Below, in pieces: positions 29,273 through 43,685 of a DNA stretch of 64,000 bases. The stretch spans positions 65,534,001 to 65,598,000 of the forward strand of contig OX597817.1 in the NCBI GenBank assembly GCA_951406725.2. Direction: 5' to 3'. Made by a program: the position numbers and the translations under genes. Within the stretch, counting starts at the first letter, position 1; every line of letters begins with the position of its first letter. The notes beneath the pieces are model-generated. The model saw only the letters and a program-made list of their open reading frames with translations, was not told where the DNA came from and did no database searches. Origin of the DNA: Octopus vulgaris (taxonomy: Eukaryota).

Positions 29273-30773
29273 ATATCCATTTATGTATGTATGTACCATG
29301 CATACATACTGAAGTCACACTTACACAAAGTTTTCAGCCAACAACATTGTCATTAGTTTTTCCTTTGTTTTTTTTTCCTTTGGCTTTGAGGGTTTTTTTG
29401 TTGTTGTTGTTACATGTCGAGCCAGCACTGATCTAAAGTGAGATGAGTTTAGTCATATAACAATCGCCTTCTACTAAAACTGGAGACATTTTGTTTTTTG
29501 TATTTCCACCTACGGCTAAAGCTGGTTATTTATAAGTGACAAATTAACATTGCTGTTTTTCACCTGCACCCTCTCTCTATGTATCTCACTCTATCTGACT
29601 CTGCCTTTATCGCTTTGTTTCTCTCTCACGCACTTTCTCTCTCTTTTTCAGTCTCTTTGTCTAAATCTATATGACCCTCTCTCTCAATCTATCTCTCCAT
29701 CTTTATTTATCCGTCTGTTTCTTTCTCTCTCTCTCTCTCTTTTTCGTTTACAACCTTCTCTTCCTTAACAATAACAACTACAACATGAATTACGTCTAAA
29801 GCACAAATAACACGATTAAGAGCACCGCAACTGAGCATCTACGTGGTCGATCGACCTGCTAAAAATAGTAGCTGCATAATCCTGAAATCACGCACCGTAC
29901 CGTCTGAAACAAGGGTAAGGAAGGACTCACTGAATAATGTAATCCAGCATATCATTGAAACAGACAGGATGATCACGGCTGGAATAATGCCACTGATCAT
30001 AGGGTTGCTCGATCAGGGATAACCTGGAGCTAAACAACAGCAACGTTGCTAACAACAGCACAACCAATACCAATACGACCACACCACCACCTCCACCACC
30101 ACCACCACCACCACCAACACCGCCACCACCAACACCGCTGCCAACAACAGCGCTACCGAGGAATCCTCTTAGTGATCGATCTGCTAGTAAAAGCAACCAA
30201 ATTCCTCTTAAACCAAACCGAACCGTCTTAATGAAAGCAGAACGCAGTTCGGATAATAAACCTGATGTATTGTTTAAAAATAAAATGGCATGATTACAGC
30301 CGGATCACTTTGATCATAAGTCTACTCAACCAGGATTGACCTTGGGTTAAACAACAACACTATTACTCCTACTACCACCACCACCACCAGCAGCACAACT
30401 ACCCCCCACCACCAACAACAATAGCAACAACAACAACGTAGCAACAACAGCTCACACAATTATATCCTCACAAGTTATGATAATTAAAATGCTTAATAAT
30501 ATACGAGAGAAACAGATGAAAGAAAAATAAATTAAATCAATTATATAACACTAATCAATACAAAAGTCAAATCAGATAATGACATCCCCACCCCATCAAA
30601 ACAAACAAACATTCTGATTTATACACAAACGCAAAATCACATTCATTTTCTAAAATCTCATTTACAAACAAATATACATACAATACATATATTTGTGTAC
30701 GTGCACACCAACGCGCAAAGACACACACACACACACACACACACACACCACACACACACACAACCCTATCTAT

Positions 30774-30821
<48 letters not shown>

Positions 30822-32654
30822 TTATCTGTTTGTCTACTATATATTCACACACATACACACTCTCATATACAATGCATGCATACATATTAAATTATTCATT
30901 TACATATATACATATACAATTATGTATGTATATATAAACGTGTATACAGATGTCTATAAATACGTATATATTAATGCATACATATATCATCATATATATA
31001 TGCAAATATAAATGATAAAAAAAATCTAACGTCCCGAAATGATAAAGGATTAATAGAGATTTACCAGGAGGTCTAATCTATACAACAGGAGTCAAGCAAC
31101 AACAATAACAACAAATAACAGGAACAACAATAAGAAAAGCAATCACAGCAATAACAAAAGCAATAAATAAATATAAAAGAAATTATATTTTTATTATAGT
31201 CTAACAAAGCACGAAAATAAAAAAAATAAGTATATATATATATATATATATAAATATATATATACATACATATATATATATGTATGTATTCACACGATTA
31301 TTCCCATATTTATATATGTATTTTATGCATGTCTATATAAATGTTCAGGTGTCTTGGAAATTCTCTTCGGATTAATCACCTTTAACAACTCTTTGCCTCG
31401 CCTCGCCTTTCTTCGGTTTTATCATTACCTCACCAATGTGGGAAACTATTCAGCGCCAATTAACCATAATGTAAGTATTCTTGAAACCTTTTGAAACATT
31501 GTTTGTATTATGAAGAACTATGAAAGAATTAATTTATTGTTGTTGTTGTTATCGTTGTCGTCATCGTCATCGTTGTTGTTGTTACCGTTTTTATTTGCCT
31601 CCCAGTGGGCCCTGTCGGTTTTTATTTTATTTTAGTCTGGAGGAAGAAGAATCTGTTTTGATATGCTTCGCAGGCCTTCCGAGAACGGTGAGATTGACGT
31701 CATGTTCCACGAGAATGAATACTTGCAAGTTGACTCAGTAGACCAATGATCAAAGGTGTTCAAGCCATGTCCAATTCGTATTTTTATAAACAGTATATCT
31801 AGAACAATAGCGATGAATTGACAGAGTAGTAAGGTCGTTGAATGAAGTGCCATAGGGTATTTAGCTATAACACATATGCTCTGAGTTCATTCACATACCA
31901 CCGAGGTTTGACTTTGCCTTTCATTCTCTTAATCGATAAAATAAAGTACCAGTCAACTATTGAGGTTAATATAATCTATAGTTCCTTTCATATAAAGAAA
32001 AGAGAGCAACTTTTAAAAATCAACAGGGCTGAACATCCGTCTCCAAATGCACCTGATCACTAATACGCATAGTATTCGACTCTCTCTATATATCTATATA
32101 GTGCGTGAATAAATATCAATACATCTCGGACAATCATGGCGAATCTATGACACGTATGTCAGCGATGCTACAGCTCTGGTTTTAGGTGACATTATCTTAG
32201 GAAAAGAAATTTTGCAATATCACATGATAAAAAGCTTGTCTATGAGCCTTAACCTAAGACTATAATATATGTATATATGTAAGTGGTATTATAATAATAA
32301 GGTCATTTAAGAATTAAAACTGCAATGCACCATCTTAACACAGGAGGATTTGGTAAGGAAAATATGTTTGTTATTTCTACCAAGTTGACAACCACAGAGA
32401 AACCCCGTCAAACGTAAAAGTGTAGTGACAGAAATAGTAGAACCCCGGAAATAGTTTTGTACACTTATGCTCTCAGTACTGTGAGGTAGATGATTTTGAT
32501 TTTCATTCATACCGAACTGATTGATAAAATAGATACCAGTAATAAATTGTATCAATTCTATCAACGATACTATCCCCGCCCAAGCATATTTGCGAATTAG
32601 CATCTAAGTGGAAAACGATTTTGATGACTTTGTGCGCATATATGAGCGTACATG

Positions 32655-33060
32655 TATGTATTTTTTCTTTTTTTATCTTGTTTCAGTCATTTGACTGCGG
32701 CCATGTTGGAGCACCGCCGTGAAGAGTTTTAGTCGAACAGATCGACAACAAGACTTATTCTTCGTAAGCCTAGTACTTATTCTACCGGTCAATTTTGCCG
32801 AACCGCTAAGTTATGGGGACACAAACACACAGGCATCGGTTGTCAAATGAAGGCGGGGAGGGGGTGGACAAACACAGACACACACACACACACACATATA
32901 CAACAGGCTTCTTTCAGTTTCCGTCTACCAAATTCACTCACAAGGCTTTGGTTGGCCCGAGGCTATAGCAGAAGACACATGCCCAAGACACCACGCAGTG
33001 GGACTGAACCCGGAACCATGTGGTTGGGAAGCAAGCTTCTTACAACACAGCCACACCTGT
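32655..33060 (-). mobile_element. SINE family A, near full length
   Basis: Reverse-complement match to 2734-3140. Confidence 0.9.
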
Positions 33061-33319
33061 GTCTATATATGCATACGTTTGTATGTATATGAGAGGCATT
33101 TGTCATAATTTCAATCACACGCATACACACTCAGATTCAAACGCAAACAGTCATATCTGTTCACTCCATCAGCAGCTATAACAACCTCTGTTTTTCTGAA
33201 CAACTTTCCGATCGTTACCTTATTGCCAAATATTCTTTTTCACACTTATATCCCTTTCTCAGCCACTTTACTATCCACCTACATACGACTAACTTTCAAA
33301 TATTTATGTAGTATATATA

Positions 33320-33652
33320 CGGATGTGTGGTAAGTAGCTTGCTTACAAACTACATGGTTCCGGGTTCAGTCACACTGCATGGCACCTTGGGTACGTGTCT
33401 CCTACTATAGCCTCGGGCTGACCAAAGCCTTGTGAGTGGATTTGGTAGAGGAAAACTGAAAGAATCCCTGATAGATCGCTAGCCACTACATATTCTTTAT
33501 TTTCTCTCCTTGTTTCTGTGTTCCTTTCTGTGGAAGAGCGTAGGCTCGAAACGTTAAATACTTTTTCACTTCCCGAGCGTTAAACTAACACATCTGTTTG
33601 TTGTCTACACCACCTGTCTTCGTCTTTTGTTCCATTTTGTGAATTATCCCTC

Positions 33653-33696
<44 letters not shown>

Positions 33697-33865
33697 TTTG
33701 TCGCTTCACCATCGCTTGACAACTGATGCTTGTGTATCTATATTTCCGTAACTTAGCGGTTCGGAAGAAGAGACCTATAGAATAAGTACTAGGCTAACAA
33801 AGAATAAATCTTGCGGTCGATTTGGCCGCATTCAAATGACAGAAATAAATAAGAGAATAAAAGAA
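33320..33865 (+). mobile_element. SINE family A split by an HHR-bearing element (33470-33655)
   Basis: Head 33320-33468 and tail 33660-33865. The insert is related to 50205-50515. Confidence 0.85.
33525..33558 (+). ncRNA. Hammerhead-like motif, A6U core variant
   Basis: ttt CTGTGGA A GAGC gtag GCTC GAA ACGT T aaa. Confidence 0.55.
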
Positions 33866-33891
33866 TATATACTCATGTACGTTTGTGAATG

Positions 33892-33975
<84 letters not shown>

Positions 33976-33983
33976 CCTCTCTC

Positions 33984-34130
33984 TCTATATATATATAAAA
34001 CTGAGAATGTGTGTCTGTCTGTGTGTCTGTATGTGTACATCATTAAAACTCGAGAACTACCCAATAAATTTCATTCAAATTTTACACATGCCTTACTTAG
34101 GATCCATGCAGTACCATGATCCAGTTAGGG
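33984..34130 (+). mobile_element. Helitron 5' fragment
   Basis: TCTATATATATATAAAACTGAGAATGTGTGTCTGTCTG resembles the 5' end of the 2684-3501 Helitron. Confidence 0.55.
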
Positions 34131-35784
34131 AAATATATGTATTTGTGTGTTTGTGTGTGTGCGTGTGTGTGTATATATGTATGTATGTTTGCATGCACGT
34201 ATGTGTATTTAAATGGCACTAAAACCAAGGATTGCTACTGTACGCACCGTTTGTCGACCATGATGTACAAATTACATTGTCGACCAGGATGCGGAAATTA
34301 TAATTACAGATTGCTTCCTGAATAGGCCGTGCCCAATGTAGAGTCTTTTAGCTTACACTAAACGTTTTCTTATTTCGCTTCTCCCTCCCGATCTAAACTT
34401 TTCAACATATTTCTCTCTTCGTCATCCTTTTTCAACCTTTGCGTTGAAAGAACCCATCAGTATGGTGTAGGTGGATTTGTGAGCTAGCAGGTCGGACATG
34501 TGCGATTGCCGAGTGGAGCCTAAAGAAATACTGCACACTCATGCATCAACTGGACAAAAAAGATCTGCATTGTATTTACTAGAGAATATTTCCACTTGAA
34601 CCCAAGAAGCAGCGTTATTTAACAGAGAGGATGATAATTTGTGCAATTGCAAACCAGAGAGAAATTTTCTTTAAAAACAAGCTATCAATTACAGAACGAC
34701 TAGAGAGTTTTCAAAGCAAATTATTTTCAATTGTAGAAATTTACAATGGCAAAGACCAAATTTTTGCACGATTTTCTCTCTGCCTTTTCAATCGCAAACA
34801 TTATTCTGTGACAGTGATCTTCTCTTGACCATGAAACAATTGACAAAATTAAGTTATCTAAAACAGTTCTCCTTGACTGCTATCAATAAAAACTTGGAGC
34901 ACTAAAACTCACCAACTGTTCCTCACCAGTGAGTGGTTTCTTATGTTCTTGCTTCCTCGTCATTCACTCCATAGAGTTTGCATGAGCTTATAATGCATAA
35001 CATGGATAGTTAAAGACTGGATTATCAGCTGAATAAATAAACATACTGCATAGAACAACTGCTCCCACGAGAAAAAAAGGCTTCTGAAAATCTCAACTAA
35101 GTGAAAAATGAGCAAAAGACTATGGGAGCACAAATAATACTAATAAAACTAATTAGAGTTTAATTTTCCTGATTTATCAGCTATCCAATAAGAAGAATTA
35201 TCCAAAAAGATTTATATTCTTATATCGCTATAATTATACTACTACAATTGCAAATTGTAGGTTATACGCAAATATAATTATGATGAACTATATAAAATAA
35301 AATCACAATAGATAATATTTCTGACTGTATAATTAATAATTGTAATATTTAATATTTTCATATTAATCTTAATCAGAGAAGTTGTTCAGAGGCAACTATC
35401 CAGAATAAAAGTTATGAAGGGCAATTATTTAAGGATAGTTACTTTGATGTCTACACACATTCACACACGCGCTTGCGCATGCACAAACACACATATGTAT
35501 ATGTGTGCATGTATGTATATATATATATGTGTGGGTGTATGTGTGCACACACACGCGCGCACACACACACACATACCCATGTGCATACATACATATAAAG
35601 GAAACATGACTTGAGGGAAATAATTCAACTATTGGTAATAAAATAAAAGGGAAACGTATTAAGCACCATACCCAAAAATTCTTAAATTAAAGCTTATCGT
35701 TTATTTGGAGAAAGAACATAATGACCTAGCGGCAATTATTAGCAACTGTCAAAAAAAAGGGGACGATAATTACATATAATCCTT

Positions 35785-35995
35785 TCTATTATTATCAAAA
35801 GGCCGGAAATTTTGAGGGAGGGGTCTAGTCGATTACTTTGACATTAGTGCTCAAATGATACTCCTTTATTGACCCCGAAAGGATGAAAGGCAAATTCGAC
35901 CTTGGCAGGATTTGAGCTCTGAACATAATGACGGACGAACAGTCACTAAACATTTTGCCCGGCATGATAACGATTCTGCTATCTCGCAGCCTTAA
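35785..35995 (-). mobile_element. SINE family B
   Basis: gaccccgaaaggatgaaaggcaaattcgacc...ctcgcagcctt matches 4530-4658. Confidence 0.8.
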
Positions 35996-36256
35996 GATAA
36001 TTTCAAATAACACAAATTAATTCCTTAAGTTAATTTACTTTCTTAGGGAAAAGACAGTCTGACAGTTATTTGCTGGTAGGAGACAACATTTACTGTTGTA
36101 CAATACACGATAGGCATTGAGGACAAATTTGCAGACTTATACAGTTACACAATTTGTTTGAATGCTTAGTTTTTGAAGTTGTAAGGTTTACCTTATTGTT
36201 AATAATATAAAATTAAGCAGCAAAATCAATTTTACAAGAAAAACTAATATTAATAC

Positions 36257-36613
36257 TACGGAGATGTACTCGCATAGCAAGTAATTTGATCTGAGATCGT
36301 GTGCTGAAACGAAAACAATTGCAGCGTGGGAGGTGTTTATAAGCCATTTAAGAAACACACAAAAGCCGTTCGATTCACTCCAACATTTAAGTTTAATTTG
36401 TCAAAATATTTTCGTCGCTAAAATCCGCGACCTGTTCACTGACAAAGTCCGTGCTGCATCACGGAGATGCAGCACGGACTTTGTCAGTGAACAGGTCGCG
36501 GATTTTAGCGACGAAAATATTTTTGACAAATTAAACTTAAATGTTGGAGTGAATCGAACGGCTTTTGTGTGTTTCTTAAATGGCTTATAAACACCTCCCA
36601 CGCTGCAATTGTT
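36257..36613. mobile_element. Snap-back retro-element with 147-bp arms, 5-nt loop, TSD and two hammerhead-like motifs
   Basis: Arms 36314-36460 / 36466-36613 are identical apart from a 1-nt indel. Flanked by the direct repeat aatattaatac (36246-36256, 36614-36624). Confidence 0.9.
36397..36446 (-). ncRNA. Minimal hammerhead ribozyme, G3-C8 core variant (mirror copy on + at 36480-36530)
   Basis: tttgtca GTGAACA G GTCGC ggatttta GCGAC GAA AATATT T tgacaaa: 7-bp stem I, 5-bp stem II, palindromic stem III. Confidence 0.7.
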
Positions 36614-39600
36614 AATATTAATACAAATTCTGAAAATTATTTATGTAATTATAGTAACTAGGAGAACGTTTTTCGAAATACTAATACGTTCATGAATATT
36701 AAAAAAGAATTTAATCACATTATTTTCCTTTTCCTTTTTCTTTCTTAATGCATATGCCGTAACTGTCTCTTATAAAACAAATTTTATCTTGAAGCCACTT
36801 CGTTTCATTGCCTCGTTGTAAAATTTGTAATGATTTTAGACGGATGTTCATAGTATGAAATGGTAGAAAGGCGGCGACTAATATTTTCGGATAAATTCTT
36901 TTCAGAATTTAGTGGGTGGTTTATATTAAGATGTAATACTTCTGTAGGTTCCAATAAGTGTGACTATTCCAAGCTACCAGGTTTAAAATTATGTCAAGAA
37001 AAAACGTTTGCTATGGTCATCTTTAATCTTTTTAATTTAGTTAAAACAATGATTTTTTTTCATCTATGGATTCATGCTCATTCAAATTCCATGAAATTAA
37101 CAGACAAAAATCTCTGCACAAACCTCCATGTAAACATTGGCTCAAGTATAAATAAATTTCAGATATAAGCCTTATTAAACCAGAAATGTTAGCTAAACCC
37201 AAGTTAGCACCGGTGCTACTAGCATTTTACTTTACTCATGGGTCATTGTCAAAGGATAACATAGGTTGTCTTATCTGCGTAATAATACTGACGTCAGTGT
37301 CACAAGTAGTTGTAAACAACTTAGCGTAATCTATTGCTTATTGAAGTAAATTTTTAATGACACAAGGGGAATTGTTAATAATGTCAAACTCCGTGAAATT
37401 ATGGATATGTATTGCGGATTCTATTAAAACAATTTTTTCTTTGTTCATTGATATATGAATTCATCAATGCCTTAATTACTTGCTTTACTGTTCATTACCT
37501 GTTTCACAGTGTTACTTCAGTAATTAATGTTAATTAGCAGCAACTTTGAAATTATATTCTCATTAGGAATCAACCTAAATTAACACAGCCGTTATTAATA
37601 TGTATTACCACTTGTGAACATAGCATATTTTCATTTTAACTTGCGTTGTCAATGTAGATTAACCAAACTCAATACATGTCAATACAAACTTAACATAGTC
37701 ACACCGGGGTATCCGTTAATAACTAATGTTGTAACACAGACGATCAACCAACAATAGACTCGTTACATAGTAACTTGATCTGTGAAAGATAGCAGCCAAA
37801 TTAGCTTTGAATTATTCCTATAAATTATTCACAAACAGCCTTGAAAAAGATATTTAAAACTACATTGCATAGTCTTTAGATACTTGACATCTGAAGAAAA
37901 AAAAAAGATAAACGCAAAGTCATATGATGATGATGATGATTATGATAAAGACAACAGTGAAAAAATAGCTTAAACAATTCTATATCGATATCACATGGTC
38001 AATGCTCGAAGATTGTTTGTCTGAGTTAACAGGTGCTGAACCTCATTACGTTGATGTTTAACTAATGATAATTAGTATTCAGCAATGAAAGCAACATTGA
38101 CTGGTACAGATAAGTGATTCTCATGACTTCATACTGTAAACCTATAGTTAACTAATCAAAACTAAACGTGTACCAATACTTATTTGCATCACATTATAAT
38201 TAACCAATTTAACTGGTTTGTCTCAGTTAATCACCGCGTAGATGTATTCTGAATAGATGGTACATGTATTGAACATTACTGATTATTGTTGGTGAGGAAT
38301 ATAGTCGATTACCTGAGTTCCAGATATATTACCGGTACTTTATTTCCGTTTCAAAACATACATAGCCGATACAAAATGTTCAACAGGGTTTAATTGGAGA
38401 GTGAGAAGAGTACAATATGGCCAGACTGTAGCACTGCGTAGGATACAAGTTACTCCGGCATATCATAACGTACGCTGCTGTTCTCAACTAATCAGAGGGA
38501 CGGATCTGTGGATTGCATCTAATCTTAAGACCGACTTCATATTTGCCATCTTTCTTTGATTCCTTGCCCGGTCAGATCAACGAATATCCCTGGGTGATTT
38601 TTCTGAGAAGCAATATGTACTTTTCATAGAATTATCAAGAGAAAATACAAAGGCGGTGCCTTGTCTTCTGTCGGGTATTTTTTTTCACATGACACTAGTT
38701 AGTCAGCTAAGTGCAGATAAGTTAACAACTGGTTGATAACTCAAGATTTAAAAGATCAGAACAAATACTGCAAATCATTTTGTTCTACTCCCAAACGATT
38801 GTTAGTTCACCGCCTAAAGCTCTACCTATCTATTATGGAATCAGGAGGTGAGAATAACTTGGCACATCTATGTGGATGTTTGACCTTCTAGGAAAAGTAA
38901 CTAGATCTTTCCCAGATTACTGCATGACTTCTGTCGTCTTTGAAATGCTGAGAGATTTGATCATGAAGTACTAAATACACAGTTCTCACGGAAAACCCTG
39001 CATGATCAAAAGTGAACCGCTTTTGAAGCAAGATTTGCGTAGCCATTTTTAAAGTTTCAGTTCTATAAAATCGAACCACTGACCATGCGGCTGTTAGAAA
39101 CAACGCATCAACTCAAATGTTCTCCGATCATGATCAGTCCATCGTTTAGGGGTATATAGGACTACATTATATCATGTACTCCTCCCATTTTTTAAGTCTG
39201 TAGGTTATGATTTAAAAGAGATGTATATGTTTAGGAGGTTAAGCGTTCGCTGAATGTCTTGTTTAAATGCATTGTGTTAGAGATTTGGGCAACAAAGTAT
39301 CAATTCCTATCATTATCAATCAATCTAAATATTTTCAAACTAAATCATTACACCAATTAATTAAAACTGCCTGTTTGAATTAGGATGTTAATTAAAACGG
39401 CTTAATTCGACGAATCTTTGTTCTTTATAAATCAAAGCTACTTTAAAGAATATGTTTAGGCTTTTACTATTCTACTATATTGGAAATACTTTACCTAAAA
39501 AACGTTAAAAAAGAAGCAGTCGTAATTATACTCCAAGTCTGTTAGATTCCACAATCAATACAATATGAAATATAAAAGGTTTATCGGAATGCTTCCTTGC

Positions 39601-40010
39601 TTCTATTAATATAATTCATGAATGATGTGGCCATTACTCTTTATGAGATAAGTTTTTTACACATTGAGTCATAGGGTCAAGACTAGAAGACTTCGTAGTA
39701 ATGTATTGTATCTTGAGCAAGTCAGCTTCATGGTGTGCGTTTCAGTGTCTTTGAACCCTACCAAAAAATAAAAATTGTTTACTTTACACATGAATACATA
39801 TATTAATATATGATACTCTGCAGATTACACAAATTGGTATACATATATATACTTACCCACACATATGCACGCATATACATGCGCGCATACACGCACATAT
39901 TGTTTAGTATTTATTTTACAATAAAGTTGATGTGAAATCATGTGTTGAAATAGATACTGACAAAATGGGAAACATACAATATATATGTATACTCATGTAT
40001 ACATACATAC

Positions 40011-40400
40011 ATGGGATAAAGAAGAGAAACTGTGTACAGTTGTGGAAATTAGCTGCCCAGCGGATGTTAACAAAACTGAAGATCAGTGAAAAAGAGAATA
40101 CTTAGGCCGAACTATTGAGAAATCTGCAGTTACTCTATCCAGATTACAAGTTCAGGTTTATCCCTGTAATTATTGGGGCCCCGGGCTATGTAACATACTG
40201 CCTAAATATAATCTTGAGAAATAAAGCTTCTCAAACCAGAAAGGAGAAAGCTAATTCTAAGACTACAGATACAATCCATCATTGAAACTGTAAAAATCTG
40301 TAAAATTTTCCAGAAGTTTATCATTTAAATATTTATGAGCATGTCTAGATATGCAACTACATGCAGGAAAATACATATATAAATTAAAACATACAAATCT
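40011..40400 (+). mobile_element. 3' end of an R4/Dong-clade LINE (restriction-like endonuclease domain plus UTR)
   Basis: WDKEEKLCTVVEISCPADVN..KISEKENT*AELLRNLQLLYPDYKFRFIPVIIGAPGYV..LQIQSIIETVKICKIFQKFII*. Confidence 0.85.
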
Positions 40401-40639
40401 GCACATATACATACATATACGTATATAAGTGTGTGTGTGTGTGTGTGCGTGTATGCGTGTGTGCGCGCGTGTGTGAATGCGTGTATGAAAACATCCATGT
40501 GTGTGTGCGTGTGTGTGTGCTGTGTGTGTGTGAGTGTGTGTGTGTGGGTGTGTGAGTGCGTGTGTAAACATATATACAGAATGCGTATGGTATTTGAAGA
40601 CATATTTGGTAATGTAATAAAACAACTCTAATCTAGCAA

Positions 40640-41620
40640 AATCCAAATGTATGCTAATGTTTTCACTAAGATTTCTTATCAGATAATGCTTCTACCTTCA
40701 GCTTCGATAATTGTTTCAATGCGTGATTGGAATCGTTGACATGCCTTATTCATTTTGGATATCCCCAGGACAATGACGACCTTCAGTGAAGCTATGATAT
40801 TGTGACGGTATCGATGAGTCCCTCTTTCAACAACACTCCAAACCTATTAGTCAAAAGGATTTAAATGTAGCGAGTTGGGAGGCCACAAGTTTTATGTTCC
40901 ACCACATGATCGTAAATATTGTCTAACACCCATACTTTGGCTACGTTTGCTTTGTGAGAAAATGCTGAGTCTTGTTGAAACAGGTATGGACTTTAACTGC
41001 GTACTTCATCCATCAAAAGAATGACAACTCTCTCCAGTACTCAACGTACCCCGCCACATTAATTCTGAGACCTCGTGCAAAGATGTGAGGTGGCATTACA
41101 TGATCTTCGTCACTCAGCACTCCTAAAATCATCACAGTTTCTGGAGACTTAGTGTGCATCTCTCTGTGTACATCAGAAGGATCTGCACATAGCCACCTAC
41201 GATTTTCTTTGTTAGACTTTTGGTCCTGGTCCAAATTTTCGTCATTAGAAAAGAACCAAAGCGTACCATGCTCCTAAGGACTTTTACTTTTGATAAGTAA
41301 CCACTTGTCACGGCTCAAATGCATTTTTCTCTGTCTATTCTGATACCTATTGTGTGTCATTACTGATATTTATTCTATGAAGCTTTTTGGCGATAGCCCT
41401 GCTGATTTTCTGGGATAACCATCGATAATATTTTGAATGCGATGTATGAATTGCGGTGTCCTTATAGTGTCCAAACATTTAGAACGCATTTTTCTCTTTG
41501 ATGGAGTTCGAGCATTCCATCCAAAAGCTTCCGGTTCCTTCGAAACTGTGTACAAAAGATCTTGCAAAATTTGGAAAGTTGGCAATTTCTAAATCGTTGT
41601 GTCCCACAACTCTTTTTATA
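40640..41620 (-). pseudogene. Decayed Tc1/mariner transposase, maT (DD37D)-like
   Basis: WFFSNDEN.DQDQK..RRWLCAD..MHTKSPETVMILGVLS.EDHVMPPHIF..GLRIN, YLFQQDSA, WPPNSL.LNPFD. Confidence 0.85.
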
Positions 41621-41702
41621 GAAAGAAGGAATAATTGATTTACTTGACATCAGAATATTGCTGGTACTTATTTAATTAACATATGATTTTTACCTGGAAA
41701 AA

Positions 41703-41750
41703 TAATGTATTTCGTTATGCGCTACAGGTAGCGCATAACGAAATACATTA
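41703..41750. repeat. Perfect 23-bp palindrome with 2-nt loop
   Basis: taatgtatttcgttatgcgctac-ag-gtagcgcataacgaaatacatta. Confidence 0.97.
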
Positions 41751-41782
41751 AAGTATCTAACCACACTGTTTATAGGCAGTGG

Positions 41783-42086
41783 TGGAGGCACATGGGCTAG
41801 TGGTTAGAGCAGCGAACTCGCGGTCGAGGGATCGCGGGTTCGAATCTCAGACCGGGCGATATGTGTGTTTATGAGCGGAACACCTAAGCTCCACGCGGCC
41901 CCGGCAGAAGGTAATGGCAAACTTCTGCTGACTCTTTCACCACAACCTTCTCTCACTCCTTTCTCCTGGATCTTGCAGCTCACCTGCGACGGACCGGCGT
42001 CCCGTCCAGGTAGGGAACCTATACGCCAAAGAAACCGGGAAACCGGCCCTTATGAACCAAGCATGGCTCGAGAAGGAACAAAAAAA
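41783..42086 (+). mobile_element. tRNA-derived SINE family C with V-domain-like core and 11-bp TSD
   Basis: gggctagtggttagagc (A box), gggttcgaatctc (B box), cctgcgacggaccggcgtcccgtccagg, A-tail. TSD atag(g/t)cagtgg at 41772-41782 and 42087-42097. Confidence 0.85.
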
Positions 42087-42716
42087 ATAGTCAGTGGGTA
42101 CTTGAAATGCTGTCATTAATTTCGGTGTTTTAAAAAATATTCTGTTTTTTTACAATTTCACTTAATGTCTATTTAAGCTCATTATAATAGTTAGCAACTT
42201 CTCTAACAGCTTCAGCACAAATGCCAATTATTTTATTTTTAGCTTTTTGTTCTGGCATAAGTATTAATCTAATGCACCTCTATTATTCTTTCTCCGTATT
42301 TTGTTTTTAAATTTTATATTTCAGCATGATGTACTATGTCGTTTGTTAATTCCTAAATGTGCCTAAGTCGGCCTTCGTTTATTCCTGTTGTTTGTTTATC
42401 TGCTAAGATATATGTACTATTCGGTTGTTCCTTCATTAGATTTGTCATTGGCTCATTATTATTAGGTTCTGCTTTTTGATATTCAGATTGAAGCACGATA
42501 GGATTTCGTAGAGGGATGGAAAATATGCTTTGAAATATTTAATTATGCCTCGTTACATTCTGGATTTCAGTCCGAACTTTCAGCATGTCGAATATACATA
42601 AAATAACAATTTGCTAAATATTGTTTATATTTAGTGTATGTCTAATCGCAAAATGCGTGTCTTCGGATCAGTGTAATAAATAGATAAATAAATAAATAAA
42701 TAAATAAATAGTAGCA

Positions 42717-42936
42717 ATAATGATTTCAAATTTTGGCACAAGGCCATCAGTTCCGAGGGAGGGGATAAGACGATTAGATCGACCCTAGTATGCCACTGGT
42801 ACTTATTTTATAGCCCCCGAAAGAATGAAAGGCAAAGTAGGCCTCGGCGGAATTTGAACTGAGAACATAAAGACGGACGAAATACCGCCAAGCATTTTGC
42901 CATGCGTGCAAACGATTCTGCCAGATTACCGCCTTT
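42717..42936 (-). mobile_element. SINE family B
   Basis: Reverse complement of 43473-43685, including the tail ggccttgtgccaaaatttgaa. Confidence 0.9.
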
Positions 42937-42997
42937 CTAATAATAACAATTATCCTCCTCCTCCCCCTCCTCCTCCTCCTCCTCCTCCTCCTCCTCC

Positions 42998-43685
<688 letters not shown>

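Noticed and set aside
38380-38560. Short stop-free frame after a cag (FNWRVRRVQYGQTVALRR...)
   Set aside because: No polypyrimidine tract and no recognisable homology.
41783-41855. tRNA gene-like sequence (also at 2734, 43473 and 55060)
   Set aside because: These continue into SINE bodies with tails, TSDs or multiple copies, and lack a proper acceptor stem.
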